A stretch of DNA of 64,000 bases from Escherichia coli. Lineage in GTDB: Bacteria; Pseudomonadota; Gammaproteobacteria; Enterobacterales; Enterobacteriaceae. The stretch lies in the NCBI RefSeq assembly GCF_048403405.1, contig NZ_CP183136.1. One strand, given 5' to 3'. The first letter of the stretch is position 1; every line of letters begins with the position of its first letter. Positions 8,748 through 19,075 of this stretch are shown here, one piece after another. Both the position numbers and the translations under genes were made by a program. Under the pieces are notes generated by a model. The model did not search any database. It saw only the letters and a program-made list of their open reading frames with translations, and had not been told where the DNA came from.

Positions 8748-11375
8748 GTGAATAACCCACTTGAGGCCGTCACTCAGGCGGTTAACTCCCTCGTCACAGC
8801 ACTGAAACTGCCTGACGAATCCGCAAAGGCCAATGAAGTTCTGGGCGAAATGAGCTTCCCGCAGTTCAGCCGTCTGCTGCCGTACCGTGATTACAACCAG
8901 GAATCCGGTCTGTTCATGAATGACACCACGATGGGCTTTATGCTGGAAGCCATCCCCATCAATGGGGCGAATGAGTCCATTGTGGAGGCCCTCGATCACA
9001 TGCTGCGCACCAAACTGCCGCGCGGTATTCCGTTGTGTATCCATCTGATGTCCAGTCAGCTGGTTGGTGACAGGATTGAATACGGGCTGCGTGAGTTCTC
9101 CTGGTCAGGTGAACAGGCTGAACGGTTTAACGCCATTACCCGGGCCTATTATATGAAAGCGGCAGCGACACAGTTTCCGCTGCCGGAGGGGATGAATCTG
9201 CCCCTGACCCTGCGCCATTACCGGGTGTTTATCTCGTACTGTTCTCCTTCGAAGAAAAAAAGCCGGGCCGACATTCTGGAAATGGAAAACCTGGTGAAAA
9301 TCATCCGGGCGTCGTTACAGGGGGCCAGTATCACCACACAGACGGTGGATGCACAGGCCTTTATCGATATTGTCGGGGAGATGATTAACCATAACCCGGA
9401 CTCCCTGTACCCGAAAAGACGTCAGCTGGACCCGTATTCTGATCTGAATTATCAGTGTGTGGAGGACAGTTTTGATCTGAAAGTCCGGGCTGATTACCTG
9501 ACGCTGGGCCTGCGTGAGAACGGCAGGAACAGCACGGCCCGCATCCTGAATTTCCATCTGGCCCGTAACCCGGAAATCGCCTTCCTGTGGAACGTGGCCG
9601 ACAACTACAGCAACCTGCTGAACCCGGAACTGTCCATCTCCTGTCCGTTCATCCTGACGCTGACTCTGGTGGTGGAAGACCAGGTGAAAACCCACAGCGA
9701 AGCCAACCTGAAGTACATGGACCTGGAGAAAAAGTCGAAGACCTCCTATGCCAAATGGTTTCCGTCCGTGGAGAAAGAGGCGAAGGAGTGGGGGGAACTG
9801 CGTCAGCGGCTGGGCTCCGGTCAGTCCTCCGTGGTGTCCTACTTCCTCAACATCACAGCATTCTGCAAGGACAATAATGAAACGGCGCTGGAAGTGGAGC
9901 AGGACATCCTGAACAGCTTTCGTAAAAACGGTTTTGAGCTGATTTCACCGCGCTTTAACCACATGCGCAATTTCCTGACCTGCCTGCCCTTTATGGCCGG
10001 GAAAGGGCTGTTTAAACAGTTGAAAGAGGCCGGAGTGGTTCAGCGCGCAGAGAGCTTTAATGTTGCCAACCTGATGCCGTTAGTGGCGGATAACCCCCTG
10101 ACACCGGCAGGTCTGCTGGCACCCACCTACCGTAACCAGCTGGCGTTTATCGATATTTTCTTCCGGGGGATGAATAACACCAACTACAACATGGCGGTCT
10201 GTGGCACCTCCGGGGCCGGTAAAACCGGGCTGATACAGCCACTTATCCGCAGCGTGCTGGACTCCGGAGGCTTTGCCGTGGTGTTCGACATGGGGGATGG
10301 ATACAAGTCCCTGTGTGAGAACATGGGCGGGGTGTATCTGGACGGTGAAACCCTGCGTTTTAACCCGTTTGCGAACATCACCGATATTGACCAGTCAGCG
10401 GAGCGTGTCCGTGACCAGTTGTCAGTGATGGCCAGCCCCAACGGTAACCTGGATGAAGTGCATGAAGGTCTGCTGTTGCAGGCGGTCAGAGCCTCCTGGC
10501 TGGCCAAAGAGAACAGAGCACGTATTGATGACGTGGTGGATTTCCTGAAAAACGCCAGTGACAGCGAGCAGTATGCCGAGTCACCGACTATCCGCAGCCG
10601 TCTGGACGAAATGATTGTGCTGCTTGACCAGTACACTGCCAACGGCACTTACGGCCAGTATTTTAACTCTGATGAGCCGTCCCTGCGGGATGACGCAAAA
10701 ATGGTGGTGCTGGAGCTGGGCGGACTGGAAGACCGTCCGTCACTGCTGGTTGCGGTGATGTTCTCCCTGATTATCTACATCGAGAACAGGATGTACCGCA
10801 CGCCGCGTAACCTCAAGAAACTGAACGTTATTGATGAAGGCTGGCGTCTGCTGGACTTCAAAAATCACAAGGTCGGTGAATTTATTGAGAAAGGCTACCG
10901 TACGGCCCGCCGTCATACCGGTGCCTATATCACCATCACACAGAACATCGTCGACTTTGACTCTGATAAGGCCTCCAGTGCTGCCCGCGCGGCATGGGGT
11001 AACTCCTCCTACAAAATTATCCTCAAACAGAGTGCGAAGGAGTTCGCGAAATACAACCAACTGTATCCGGACCAGTTCCTGCCACTGCAGCGCGACATGA
11101 TTGGTAAGTTTGGTGCGGCCAAAGACCAGTGGTTCAGTTCCTTCCTGCTGCAGGTGGAAAACCATTCCTCCTGGCACCGTCTGTTTGTGGACCCGTTAAG
11201 CCGCGCCATGTACAGCTCTGACGGCCCGGATTTTGAGTTTGTGCAGCAGAAGCGTAAAGAGGGGCTGAGTATTCATGAGGCAGTGTGGCAGCTGGCGTGG
11301 AAGAAGTCAGGGCCGGAAATGGCTTCGCTGGAAGCCTGGCTGGAAGAACATGAGAAATACAGGAGTGTGGCATGA
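8748..11375 (+). CDS. traC: TraC, T4SS ATPase (VirB4-like)
   Basis: 875-aa ORF, GTG start, Walker A GTSGAGKT; matches F TraC along its length. Confidence 0.97.
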   Translation: MNNPLEAVTQAVNSLVTALKLPDESAKANEVLGEMSFPQFSRLLPYRDYNQESGLFMNDTTMGFMLEAIPINGANESIVEALDHMLRTKLPRGIPLCIHLMSSQLVGDRIEYGLREFSWSGEQAERFNAITRAYYMKAAATQFPLPEGMNLPLTLRHYRVFISYCSPSKKKSRADILEMENLVKIIRASLQGASITTQTVDAQAFIDIVGEMINHNPDSLYPKRRQLDPYSDLNYQCVEDSFDLKVRADYLTLGLRENGRNSTARILNFHLARNPEIAFLWNVADNYSNLLNPELSISCPFILTLTLVVEDQVKTHSEANLKYMDLEKKSKTSYAKWFPSVEKEAKEWGELRQRLGSGQSSVVSYFLNITAFCKDNNETALEVEQDILNSFRKNGFELISPRFNHMRNFLTCLPFMAGKGLFKQLKEAGVVQRAESFNVANLMPLVADNPLTPAGLLAPTYRNQLAFIDIFFRGMNNTNYNMAVCGTSGAGKTGLIQPLIRSVLDSGGFAVVFDMGDGYKSLCENMGGVYLDGETLRFNPFANITDIDQSAERVRDQLSVMASPNGNLDEVHEGLLLQAVRASWLAKENRARIDDVVDFLKNASDSEQYAESPTIRSRLDEMIVLLDQYTANGTYGQYFNSDEPSLRDDAKMVVLELGGLEDRPSLLVAVMFSLIIYIENRMYRTPRNLKKLNVIDEGWRLLDFKNHKVGEFIEKGYRTARRHTGAYITITQNIVDFDSDKASSAARAAWGNSSYKIILKQSAKEFAKYNQLYPDQFLPLQRDMIGKFGAAKDQWFSSFLLQVENHSSWHRLFVDPLSRAMYSSDGPDFEFVQQKRKEGLSIHEAVWQLAWKKSGPEMASLEAWLEEHEKYRSVA

Positions 11376-11758
11376 GTTCAACGCAGAAACCCGCCGACGT
11401 CATGGCAGAACGACGCAGCCACTGGTGGTGGACGGTGCCGGGATGCCTGGCAATGGTGTTACTGAACGCAGCCGTCAGTTACGGCATTGTCAGACTGAAC
11501 GCACCGGTGACTGTCGCCTTCAACATGAAACAGACCGTGGATGCGTTTTTTGACAGAGCCAGTCAGAAACAACTGTCAGAAGCGCAGTCAAAAGCCCTTT
11601 CAGCGCGTTTTAACACGGCACTGGAAGCCAGCCTGCAGGCGTGGCAGCAGAAACACCACGCGGTCATTCTGGTGTCGCCTGCTGTGGTACAGGGGGCACC
11701 GGATATCACCCGGGAAATCCAGCAGGATATTGCCCGGCGAATGAGGGCGGAACCATGA
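11372..11758 (+). CDS. trbI: TrbI
   Basis: 128-aa ORF overlapping the traC stop; conserved order. Confidence 0.85.
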   Translation: MSSTQKPADVMAERRSHWWWTVPGCLAMVLLNAAVSYGIVRLNAPVTVAFNMKQTVDAFFDRASQKQLSEAQSKALSARFNTALEASLQAWQQKHHAVILVSPAVVQGAPDITREIQQDIARRMRAEP

Positions 11759-12387
11759 GATGCCGGGGGCTGATTGCCCTGCTGATATGGGGGCAGAGTG
11801 TGGCCGCCGCCGATCTTGGTACCTGGGGCGATCTGTGGCCGGTAAAGGAGCCGGACATGCTGACGGTGATCATGCAGCGCCTGACGGCACTGGAGCAGTC
11901 CGGTGAGATGGGCCGGAAAATGGATGCCTTTAAGGAGCGGGTGATCCGCAACAGTCTGCGGCCCCCTGCCGTGCCCGGTATCGGACGCACGGAGAAATAC
12001 GGCAGCCGGTTGTTTGACCCGTCCGTCAGACTGGCTGCGGATATCCGGGATAACGAAGGGCGGGTGTTTGCCCGTCAGGGTGAAGTGATGAATCCGCTGC
12101 AGTATGTTCCTTTTAACCAGACGCTGTATTTCATCAATGGCGATGATCCGGCGCAGGTGGCCTGGATGAAACGCCAGACGCCGCCCACACTGGAGAGCAA
12201 AATTATCCTCGTGCAGGGCAGTATCCCGGAGATGCAGAAGTCTCTGGACAGCCGTGTTTACTTTGACCAGAACGGTGTGCTCTGCCAGCGCCTCGGCATT
12301 GATCAGGTCCCGGCACGGGTGAGCGCCGTTCCCGGCGATCGCTTCCTGAAGGTGGAATTTATTCCGGCAGAGGAGGGCAGAAAATGA
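11755..12387 (+). CDS. traW: TraW, pilus assembly protein
   Basis: ATG at 11755 within ORF 11641-12387 gives a signal peptide MRCRGLIALLIWGQSVAA. Confidence 0.85.
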   Translation: MRCRGLIALLIWGQSVAAADLGTWGDLWPVKEPDMLTVIMQRLTALEQSGEMGRKMDAFKERVIRNSLRPPAVPGIGRTEKYGSRLFDPSVRLAADIRDNEGRVFARQGEVMNPLQYVPFNQTLYFINGDDPAQVAWMKRQTPPTLESKIILVQGSIPEMQKSLDSRVYFDQNGVLCQRLGIDQVPARVSAVPGDRFLKVEFIPAEEGRK

Positions 12388-13376
12388 AGCGAAGGCTGTG
12401 GCTGCTGATGTTATTCCTTTTCGCCGGTCATGTCCCTGCGGCGTCTGCGGATTCTGCCTGTGAGGGGCGTTTTGTAAACCCGATCACAGATATCTGCTGG
12501 AGCTGTATTTTCCCGCTCTCGCTGGGCAGTATCAAAGTCAGTCAGGGGAAGGTCCCCGACACGGCGAACCCGTCGATGCCCATTCAGATTTGTCCGGCAC
12601 TGCCGCCGCTGTTCAGGCGTATCGGGCTGGCCATTGGTTACTGGGAGCCGATGGCGTTGACGGACGTCACCCGGTCACCGGGATGCATGGTGAACCTGGG
12701 CTTCAGCCTGCCGGCTTTTGGTAAAACGGCACAGGGAACGGCGAAAAAGGATGAGAAGCAGGTAAATGGGGCGTTCTATCACGTTCACTGGTACAAATAC
12801 CCGCTGACGTACTGGCTGAACATCATCACATCGCTGGGCTGTCTGGAAGGTGGTGACCTGGATATCGCTTATCTTTCTGAAATCGACCCCACCTGGACGG
12901 ACAGCAGCCTGACCACCATTCTCAATCCGGAAGCTGTCATCTTTGCCAATCCGATAGCACAGGGAGCCTGCGCAGCAGATGCGATTGCCAGCGCCTTTAA
13001 TATGCCTCTCGATGTTCTGTTCTGGTGTGCCGGTTCGCAGGGAAGTATGTACCCGTTCAATGGCTGGGTGAGTAATGAGTCCAGTCCGTTGCAGTCCTCC
13101 CTGCTGGTCAGTGAACGCATGGCGTTCAAGCTGCACCGTCAGGGCATGATTATGGAAACCATCGGGAAAAATAACGCCGTCTGTAATGAATATCCATCCC
13201 CAATCCTGCCCAAAGAACGCTGGCGTTACCAGATGGTGAATATGTACCCGGACAGCGGACAGTGCCACCCGTTCGGGCGCAGTGTGACCCGCTGGGAAAC
13301 CGGGAAAAATCCGCCCAATACAAAGAAAAACTTCGGCTACCTGATGTGGCGTAAACGTAACTGTGTCTTCCTGTGA
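12384..13376 (+). CDS. traU: TraU, pilus assembly / DNA transfer protein
   Basis: 330-aa ORF with signal peptide, conserved order. Confidence 0.9.
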   Translation: MKRRLWLLMLFLFAGHVPAASADSACEGRFVNPITDICWSCIFPLSLGSIKVSQGKVPDTANPSMPIQICPALPPLFRRIGLAIGYWEPMALTDVTRSPGCMVNLGFSLPAFGKTAQGTAKKDEKQVNGAFYHVHWYKYPLTYWLNIITSLGCLEGGDLDIAYLSEIDPTWTDSSLTTILNPEAVIFANPIAQGACAADAIASAFNMPLDVLFWCAGSQGSMYPFNGWVSNESSPLQSSLLVSERMAFKLHRQGMIMETIGKNNAVCNEYPSPILPKERWRYQMVNMYPDSGQCHPFGRSVTRWETGKNPPNTKKNFGYLMWRKRNCVFL

Positions 13377-13381
13377 GGTGA

Positions 13382-14023
13382 ATGATGAAGCTGAGTATGA
13401 AATCTCTGGCAGCACTGCTGATGATGCTGAACGGGGCGGTTATGGCGTCAGAAAACGTGAACACTCCTGAAAACCGCCAGTTCCTGAAGCAGCAGGAAAA
13501 TTTAAGCAGACAACTGCGTGAAAAACCTGACCATCAGCTGAAAGCCTGGGCGGAGAAGCAGGTGCTGGAAACCCCCCTTCAGCGTTCAGATAACCATTTC
13601 CTGGATGAGCTGGTTCGTAAACAGCAGGCTTCGCAGGACGGGAAACCCCGGCAGGGTGCCCTGTATTTTGTGTCGTTTTCCATTCCCGAAGAGGGGCTGA
13701 AACGAATGCTGGGCGAAACCCGGCACTACGGTATACCCGCCACACTGCGGGGCATGGTGAACAATGACCTGAAGACCACCGCTGAAGCCGTGCTGTCCCT
13801 GGTGAAAGACGGCGCGACTGATGGTGTTCAGATCGACCCGACGCTGTTTTCACAGTACGGCATTCGCAGTGTACCGGCACTGGTGGTGTTCTGCAGTCAG
13901 GGATACGACATCATCCGGGGAAACCTGCGGGTCGGCCAGGCGCTGGAGAAAGTGGCCGCCACGGGTGACTGCCGGCAGGTGGCTCATGATTTACTGGCAG
14001 GGAAAGGAGATTCCGGGAAATGA
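13382..14023 (+). CDS. trbC: TrbC, pilus assembly protein
   Basis: 213-aa ORF with signal peptide, conserved order. Confidence 0.85.
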   Translation: MMKLSMKSLAALLMMLNGAVMASENVNTPENRQFLKQQENLSRQLREKPDHQLKAWAEKQVLETPLQRSDNHFLDELVRKQQASQDGKPRQGALYFVSFSIPEEGLKRMLGETRHYGIPATLRGMVNNDLKTTAEAVLSLVKDGATDGVQIDPTLFSQYGIRSVPALVVFCSQGYDIIRGNLRVGQALEKVAATGDCRQVAHDLLAGKGDSGK

Positions 14024-15828
14024 AACGTATTTTACCTCTGATACTGGCTCTGGTTGCCGGCATGGCACAGGCTGACAGCAACAGTGATTACCGGGCCGGC
14101 TCTGATTTTGCTCACCAGATCAAAGGGCAGGGAAGCAGCAGTATTCAGGGCTTTAAGCCACAGGAGAGTATCCCCGGCTATAACGCGAATCCGGACGAGA
14201 CAAAATATTACGGTGGCGTGACTGCCGGCGGGGATGGCGGCCTGAAAAATGACGGCACCACGGAATGGGCGACCGGTGAAACCGGAAAAACCATCACAGA
14301 GTCATTCATGAACAAGCCGAAAGACATTCTTTCACCGGATGCACCGTTTATCCAGACCGGCAGGGATGTGGTGAACCGGGCTGACAGCATTGTGGGAAAC
14401 ACCGGGCAGCAGTGCAGTGCGCAGGAGATTAGCCGGAGTGAATACACGAATTACACCTGTGAGAGGGATTTACAGGTGGAGCAGTACTGCACACGAACTG
14501 CCCGTATGGAGCTGCAGGGGAGTACCACATGGGAAACCCGGACGCTGGAGTATGAAATGAGTCAGCTACCTGCACGTGAAGTGAATGGTCAGTATGTTGT
14601 CTCCATTACCTCTCCCGTTACCGGTGAAATTGTCGATGCGCATTACAGCTGGAGTCGTACTTACCTGCAGAAGAGTGTACCTATGACAATTACAGTACTG
14701 GGAACCCCACTGAGCTGGAATGCCAAATACTCAGCAGATGCCTCATTTACACCAGTACAGAAAACACTGACTGCCGGTGTTGCTTTTACGTCATCTCACC
14801 CCGTCCGGGTCGGGAATACAAAATTCAAACGTCATACGGCAATGAAGCTGCGTCTGGTTGTCAGGGTAAAAAAAGCCTCGTACACCCCGTATGTTGTCTG
14901 GTCTGAAAGCTGCCCGTTCAGCAAGGAGCTGGGGAAACTGACAAAAACAGAATGTACGGAGGCTGGCGGGAACAGGACGCTGGTGAAAGACGGTCAGTCA
15001 TACAGCATGTACCAGAGCTGCTGGGCATACCGGGACACGTATGTCACGCAGTCAGCAGACAAGGGAACCTGTCAGACCTACACCGACAATCCTGCCTGTA
15101 CCCTGGTGTCACACCAGTGTGCCTTTTACTCCGAAGAAGGTGCCTGTCTGCATGAATATGCCACGTACTCCTGTGAGTCAAAAACATCCGGGAAAGTGAT
15201 GGTCTGTGGGGGAGACGTCTTCTGTCTCGATGGCGAATGCGATAAGGCTCAGAGCGGGCAGAGTAATGATTTTGCCGAAGCCGTTTCTCAGCTGGCGGCA
15301 CTGGCCGCAGCAGGTAAGGATGTTGCGGCGCTGAACGGGGTGGATGTCCGTGCTTTCACCGGTCAGGCGAAATTTTGTAAGAAGGCTGCAGCCGGATACA
15401 GCAACTGCTGTAAGGACAGCGGCTGGGGACAGGATATCGGGCTGGCCAAATGCAGCAGTGATGAAAAGGCCCTGGCTAAAGCAAAATCAAACAAACTGAC
15501 CGTCAGCGTCGGGGAGTTCTGTTCGAAGAAAGTGCTGGGTGTCTGTCTGGAGAAAAAACGCAGCTACTGTCAGTTTGATTCGAAGCTGGCGCAGATAGTC
15601 CAGCAGCAGGGGCGCAACGGTCAGTTGCGTATCAGTTTTGGTAGTGCGAAGCATCCTGACTGTCGGGGGATTACGGTTGATGAGCTGCAGAAAATTCAGT
15701 TCAACAGACTGGATTTCACTAACTTCTACGAAGACCTGATGAATAACCAGAAAATCCCGGACAGTGGCGTTCTGACGCAGAAAGTGAAAGAGCAGATTGC
15801 TGACCAGCTGAAACAGGCAGGACAGTAA
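14020..15828 (+). CDS. traN: TraN, cysteine-rich outer-membrane mating-pair stabilisation protein
   Basis: 602-aa ORF with signal peptide and many Cys in the C-terminal half. Confidence 0.95.
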   Translation: MKRILPLILALVAGMAQADSNSDYRAGSDFAHQIKGQGSSSIQGFKPQESIPGYNANPDETKYYGGVTAGGDGGLKNDGTTEWATGETGKTITESFMNKPKDILSPDAPFIQTGRDVVNRADSIVGNTGQQCSAQEISRSEYTNYTCERDLQVEQYCTRTARMELQGSTTWETRTLEYEMSQLPAREVNGQYVVSITSPVTGEIVDAHYSWSRTYLQKSVPMTITVLGTPLSWNAKYSADASFTPVQKTLTAGVAFTSSHPVRVGNTKFKRHTAMKLRLVVRVKKASYTPYVVWSESCPFSKELGKLTKTECTEAGGNRTLVKDGQSYSMYQSCWAYRDTYVTQSADKGTCQTYTDNPACTLVSHQCAFYSEEGACLHEYATYSCESKTSGKVMVCGGDVFCLDGECDKAQSGQSNDFAEAVSQLAALAAAGKDVAALNGVDVRAFTGQAKFCKKAAAGYSNCCKDSGWGQDIGLAKCSSDEKALAKAKSNKLTVSVGEFCSKKVLGVCLEKKRSYCQFDSKLAQIVQQQGRNGQLRISFGSAKHPDCRGITVDELQKIQFNRLDFTNFYEDLMNNQKIPDSGVLTQKVKEQIADQLKQAGQ

Positions 15829-15851
15829 GGTATGGGAAATAACCGGGGGAA

Positions 15852-16112
15852 ATGATGAAAGTCATATTCACGTCGAACCGTTTTATTGATTTTCTTATCC
15901 GGCTTTTGATTACAGCGATTGTCATTTCTCTGGTAATTATCTGGTCGTGGGATACGGTAAAAGAAACCACGGCAGACGGGATGCTTGCCGCTGCTTTCGT
16001 TATCCTTTACTCCGGTGTGCTCCTGTTTATTCTGTATTTTTGTTTTTCTGCCCTGACTGACCTGCAGAAACCTGATGAAAGAAAAAGTGATGAAAGGAAT
16101 GAAGATGAATAA
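15852..16112 (+). CDS. trbE: TrbE
   Basis: 86-aa small membrane protein in conserved position. Confidence 0.8.
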   Translation: MMKVIFTSNRFIDFLIRLLITAIVISLVIIWSWDTVKETTADGMLAAAFVILYSGVLLFILYFCFSALTDLQKPDERKSDERNEDE

Positions 16113-16848
16113 AGCATTACTGCCACTGTTACTCTGCTGCTTTATTTTTCCGGCGTCAGGAAAAGATGCAGGCTGGCAGTGGTATAACGAGAAAATAAAT
16201 CCGAAGGAAAAAGAAAATAAACCTGTACCTGCAGCCCCCCGTCAGGAACCGGATATTATGCAGAAACTGGCCGCACTGCAGACGGCAACAAAGCGGGCGC
16301 TGTACGAAGCCATTCTGTATCCCGGCGTGGATAATTTTGTGAAATATTTCCGGCTGCAAAATTACTGGACTCAGCAGGCCGGGCTTTTCACCATGAGCGC
16401 CAGAAAGGCCATGCTGGCACATCCTGAACTGGACTATAACCTGCAGTACAGCCATTACAACGGCACGGTACGGAACCAGCTGGCAGCAGACCAGGCGCAG
16501 CAGCGACAGGCCATTGCGAAACTGGCTGAACACTACGGCATCATGTTTTTTTACCGGGGGCAGGACCCCATCGACGGGCAGCTGGCGCAGGTCATTAATG
16601 GCTTCCGGGATACCTATGGTCTGAGTGTTATTCCCGTTTCCGTGGATGGCGTGATTAATCCGCTGTTGCCGGATTCCCGGACTGACCAGGGGCAGGCGCA
16701 GCGCCTCGGCGTGAAATATTTCCCGGCCATGATGCTGGTTGACCCGAAACAGGGTAGTGTTCGTCCGTTATCATACGGTTTTATTTCGCAGGACGACCTG
16801 GCAAAACAGTTCCTGAATGTCTCTGAGGATTTTAAACCGAATTTTTAA
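16105..16848 (+). CDS. traF: TraF, thioredoxin-fold pilus assembly protein
   Basis: ATG at 16105 within ORF 16075-16848 gives a 247-aa protein with signal peptide MNKALLPLLLCCF. Confidence 0.9.
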   Translation: MNKALLPLLLCCFIFPASGKDAGWQWYNEKINPKEKENKPVPAAPRQEPDIMQKLAALQTATKRALYEAILYPGVDNFVKYFRLQNYWTQQAGLFTMSARKAMLAHPELDYNLQYSHYNGTVRNQLAADQAQQRQAIAKLAEHYGIMFFYRGQDPIDGQLAQVINGFRDTYGLSVIPVSVDGVINPLLPDSRTDQGQAQRLGVKYFPAMMLVDPKQGSVRPLSYGFISQDDLAKQFLNVSEDFKPNF

Positions 16849-16861
16849 CCAAAGGATATAT

Positions 16862-17203
16862 ATGCATACAGGGGATTTGTGTTTTTTTACAGGTGCCAGC
16901 CTGTTTATCGTGGGGGTTGTTGGTTATTTCTTTACAGGACTAAATAATAAAGGAGTTTATCTACTGAGCTCGTTTGTCTTCTTTGTAGTAAATGTCATAA
17001 GTGTATGTATGCTGCCAGATAATTTCTTGTTTCTTTGTGGTGCGGTTATGAATCAGTGTGCCGTACCGGTTGTTTCAATGGCAGTCAGCACCATGCCGAT
17101 TATCACGAAGTTTGACAGTTTCAGAAGGATGTTTATTTGTATTATGTTGTCAGCCATATGGTCTGGAGTGATGTGGTTTTTTATTATTTCATTAGTGAAA
17201 TGA
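16862..17203 (+). CDS. trbA: TrbA, small membrane protein
   Basis: ATG at 16862 (MHTGDLCFF...) within ORF 16817-17203; hydrophobic. Confidence 0.75.
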   Translation: MHTGDLCFFTGASLFIVGVVGYFFTGLNNKGVYLLSSFVFFVVNVISVCMLPDNFLFLCGAVMNQCAVPVVSMAVSTMPIITKFDSFRRMFICIMLSAIWSGVMWFFIISLVK

Positions 17204-17519
17204 CTGGTGCTAATTTGTCATAAATGCCAAATCCAATAGTGAGGTTGATTACCACAGACCAGAGGATAAACCAGACTGCTATCCAGTGACTTCTGAATAA
17301 ATCACAAAAATAAACATAGATGATTAGAAATAGCCATATCACAACAGCGATAATTGCTATAAATAACAGTATCGTCACAAATAAATCAGCAAAGGTTTTA
17401 ATGGGGAGAGTGTGCAATAATGAATACACCAGTAAAGCAAAAGCCGCATTACCTGATAATGACTCTCTTATGATGTTTCTCACTATTTCCAGTTTTTCTT
17501 TAAAAGATCGCTTTTCCAT
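17184..17519 (-). CDS. artA: ArtA-like antisense ORF
   Basis: 111-aa hydrophobic ORF on the opposite strand between trbA and traQ, as in F; expression not inferable. Confidence 0.45.
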   Translation of the reverse strand: MEKRSFKEKLEIVRNIIRESLSGNAAFALLVYSLLHTLPIKTFADLFVTILLFIAIIAVVIWLFLIIYVYFCDLFRSHWIAVWFILWSVVINLTIGFGIYDKLAPVISLMK

Positions 17520-17599
17520 TTGTACCTCTGACTAATATCACACAAACGCGAATATTACAGACATGAATACTCTCATGTAAATAATAACCGGAGTTTAAC

Positions 17600-17884
17600 A
17601 TGATAAGTAAACGCAGATTCTCTTTACCCCGGCTTGATATTACGGGAATGTGGGTATTTTCCCTGGGCGTCTGGTTTCATATCGTCGCCCGTCTTGTTCA
17701 CAGCAAACCCTGGATGGCTTTTTTTCTGGCGGAGCTGATTGCGGCCATCCTTGTGCTGTTCGGCGCATACCAGGTGCTGGATGCATGGATTGCCCGTGTC
17801 AGCCGGGAAGAGCGTGAGGCACTGGAAGCCAGGCAACAGGCCATGATGGCAGAGCAGCAGGAGGGCGGACATGTCTCTCACTAA
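17600..17884 (+). CDS. traQ: TraQ, pilin chaperone
   Basis: 94-aa membrane protein in conserved position. Confidence 0.9.
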   Translation: MISKRRFSLPRLDITGMWVFSLGVWFHIVARLVHSKPWMAFFLAELIAAILVLFGAYQVLDAWIARVSREEREALEARQQAMMAEQQEGGHVSH

Positions 17885-18425
17885 ATTACTGCCGGTTATT
17901 CTGTTGATGATGGCCACAGGTGTGCAGGCCTCCACCCGGGATGAAATTGAACGACTCTGGCATCCGCAGGGTATGGCTGCGCAGCCTGCACAACCGGCAG
18001 CAGACACGCCAGCCAGGACAGACAAGACAGAAAAGCCGGCTCCCCGCTGGTTCCGCCTCAGCAACGGCAGGCAGGTTAACCTGGCCGACTGGAAGGTGGT
18101 GCTGTTTATGCAGGGGCATTGCCCTTACTGTCACCAGTTTGACCCGGTACTGAAGCAGCTGGCACAGCAGTACGGCTTTTCCGTTTTTCCCTACACTCTG
18201 GATGGTCAGGGGGATATGGCCTTTCCGGAAGCATTACCGGTGCCACCGGACGTGATGCAGACCTTCTTCCCGAATATCCCGGTGGCCACACCGACCACCT
18301 TCCTGGTCAACGTCAACACGCTTGAGGCATTACCGCTTTTACAGGGGGCAACGGATGCCGCCGGTTTTATGGCGCGGATGGATACCGTTCTGCAGATGTA
18401 CGGAGGGAAAAAAGGTGCGAAATAA
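17871..18425 (+). CDS. trbB: TrbB, periplasmic thioredoxin-like disulfide isomerase
   Basis: Signal peptide and CPYC active-site motif. Confidence 0.9.
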   Translation: MSLTKLLPVILLMMATGVQASTRDEIERLWHPQGMAAQPAQPAADTPARTDKTEKPAPRWFRLSNGRQVNLADWKVVLFMQGHCPYCHQFDPVLKQLAQQYGFSVFPYTLDGQGDMAFPEALPVPPDVMQTFFPNIPVATPTTFLVNVNTLEALPLLQGATDAAGFMARMDTVLQMYGGKKGAK

Positions 18426-18729
18426 GCAGGTGGTGTTACTCATTGCCGGAATATCCGGCATCGCGACGGGAATAATCGTCAGCCTGAATATTCCCTTTAT
18501 CCGTCAGGGGCTTTTTTATCCCGCCAGTCCTGTAGAAATAGTCGTTTCGCTGTGTCTTACCTTTTCTGTTTCTGTTGTGTTTTTTGTGGGGGCAATTGTG
18601 GGATGGATTTCGGTGTCTGAAATATATTACAGCCGCATGACCGGTCTGAATGAATCATCAGTAATATCAGAGGAAACTTATAATGACAAAAAACAAAAAG
18701 AATCAGGAATTCAAAATCAGAAAAATTAG
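18415..18729 (+). CDS. trbJ: TrbJ
   Basis: GTG at 18415 within ORF 18322-18729 gives MRNKQVVLLIAG..., a small membrane protein. Confidence 0.7.
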   Translation: MRNKQVVLLIAGISGIATGIIVSLNIPFIRQGLFYPASPVEIVVSLCLTFSVSVVFFVGAIVGWISVSEIYYSRMTGLNESSVISEETYNDKKQKESGIQNQKN

Positions 18730-19075
18730 ACGGAATATTGAGTATAGTTTCAGAGGTTCTGACAGATATTTTTATTTGTTTATTGTTTTCCTTGTTGCCG
18801 GAATTGTTTTATGGGCTGTTATGCACGTTATTTTCGATGTCTGTATTGATTCGTGGATGGCCGACCCGAAATTACTTAATTTCCAGTATATGTGGAATGT
18901 TCTGATGAAAGTCATTCCGTTTACGTTATGGGCGCTGGCAGCAAGGTTTCTTGTTACATTTTTTCTGTCCCCAATGTGCGAATTAATATTCGGAAATATC
19001 ATGATATTCCTGCTGAAACGCCGTATGCGCCGGGAGAACACATTAAGGGAGGGCAAGAATGATGCCACGCATTAA
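18683..19075 (+). CDS. trbF: TrbF
   Basis: 130-aa membrane protein in conserved position. Confidence 0.8.
   Translation: MTKNKKNQEFKIRKIRRNIEYSFRGSDRYFYLFIVFLVAGIVLWAVMHVIFDVCIDSWMADPKLLNFQYMWNVLMKVIPFTLWALAARFLVTFFLSPMCELIFGNIMIFLLKRRMRRENTLREGKNDATH

Noticed and set aside
12675-13464. Minus-strand ORFs (246, 86 and 104 aa) within traU/trbC
   Set aside because: Antisense to conserved tra genes, no independent support
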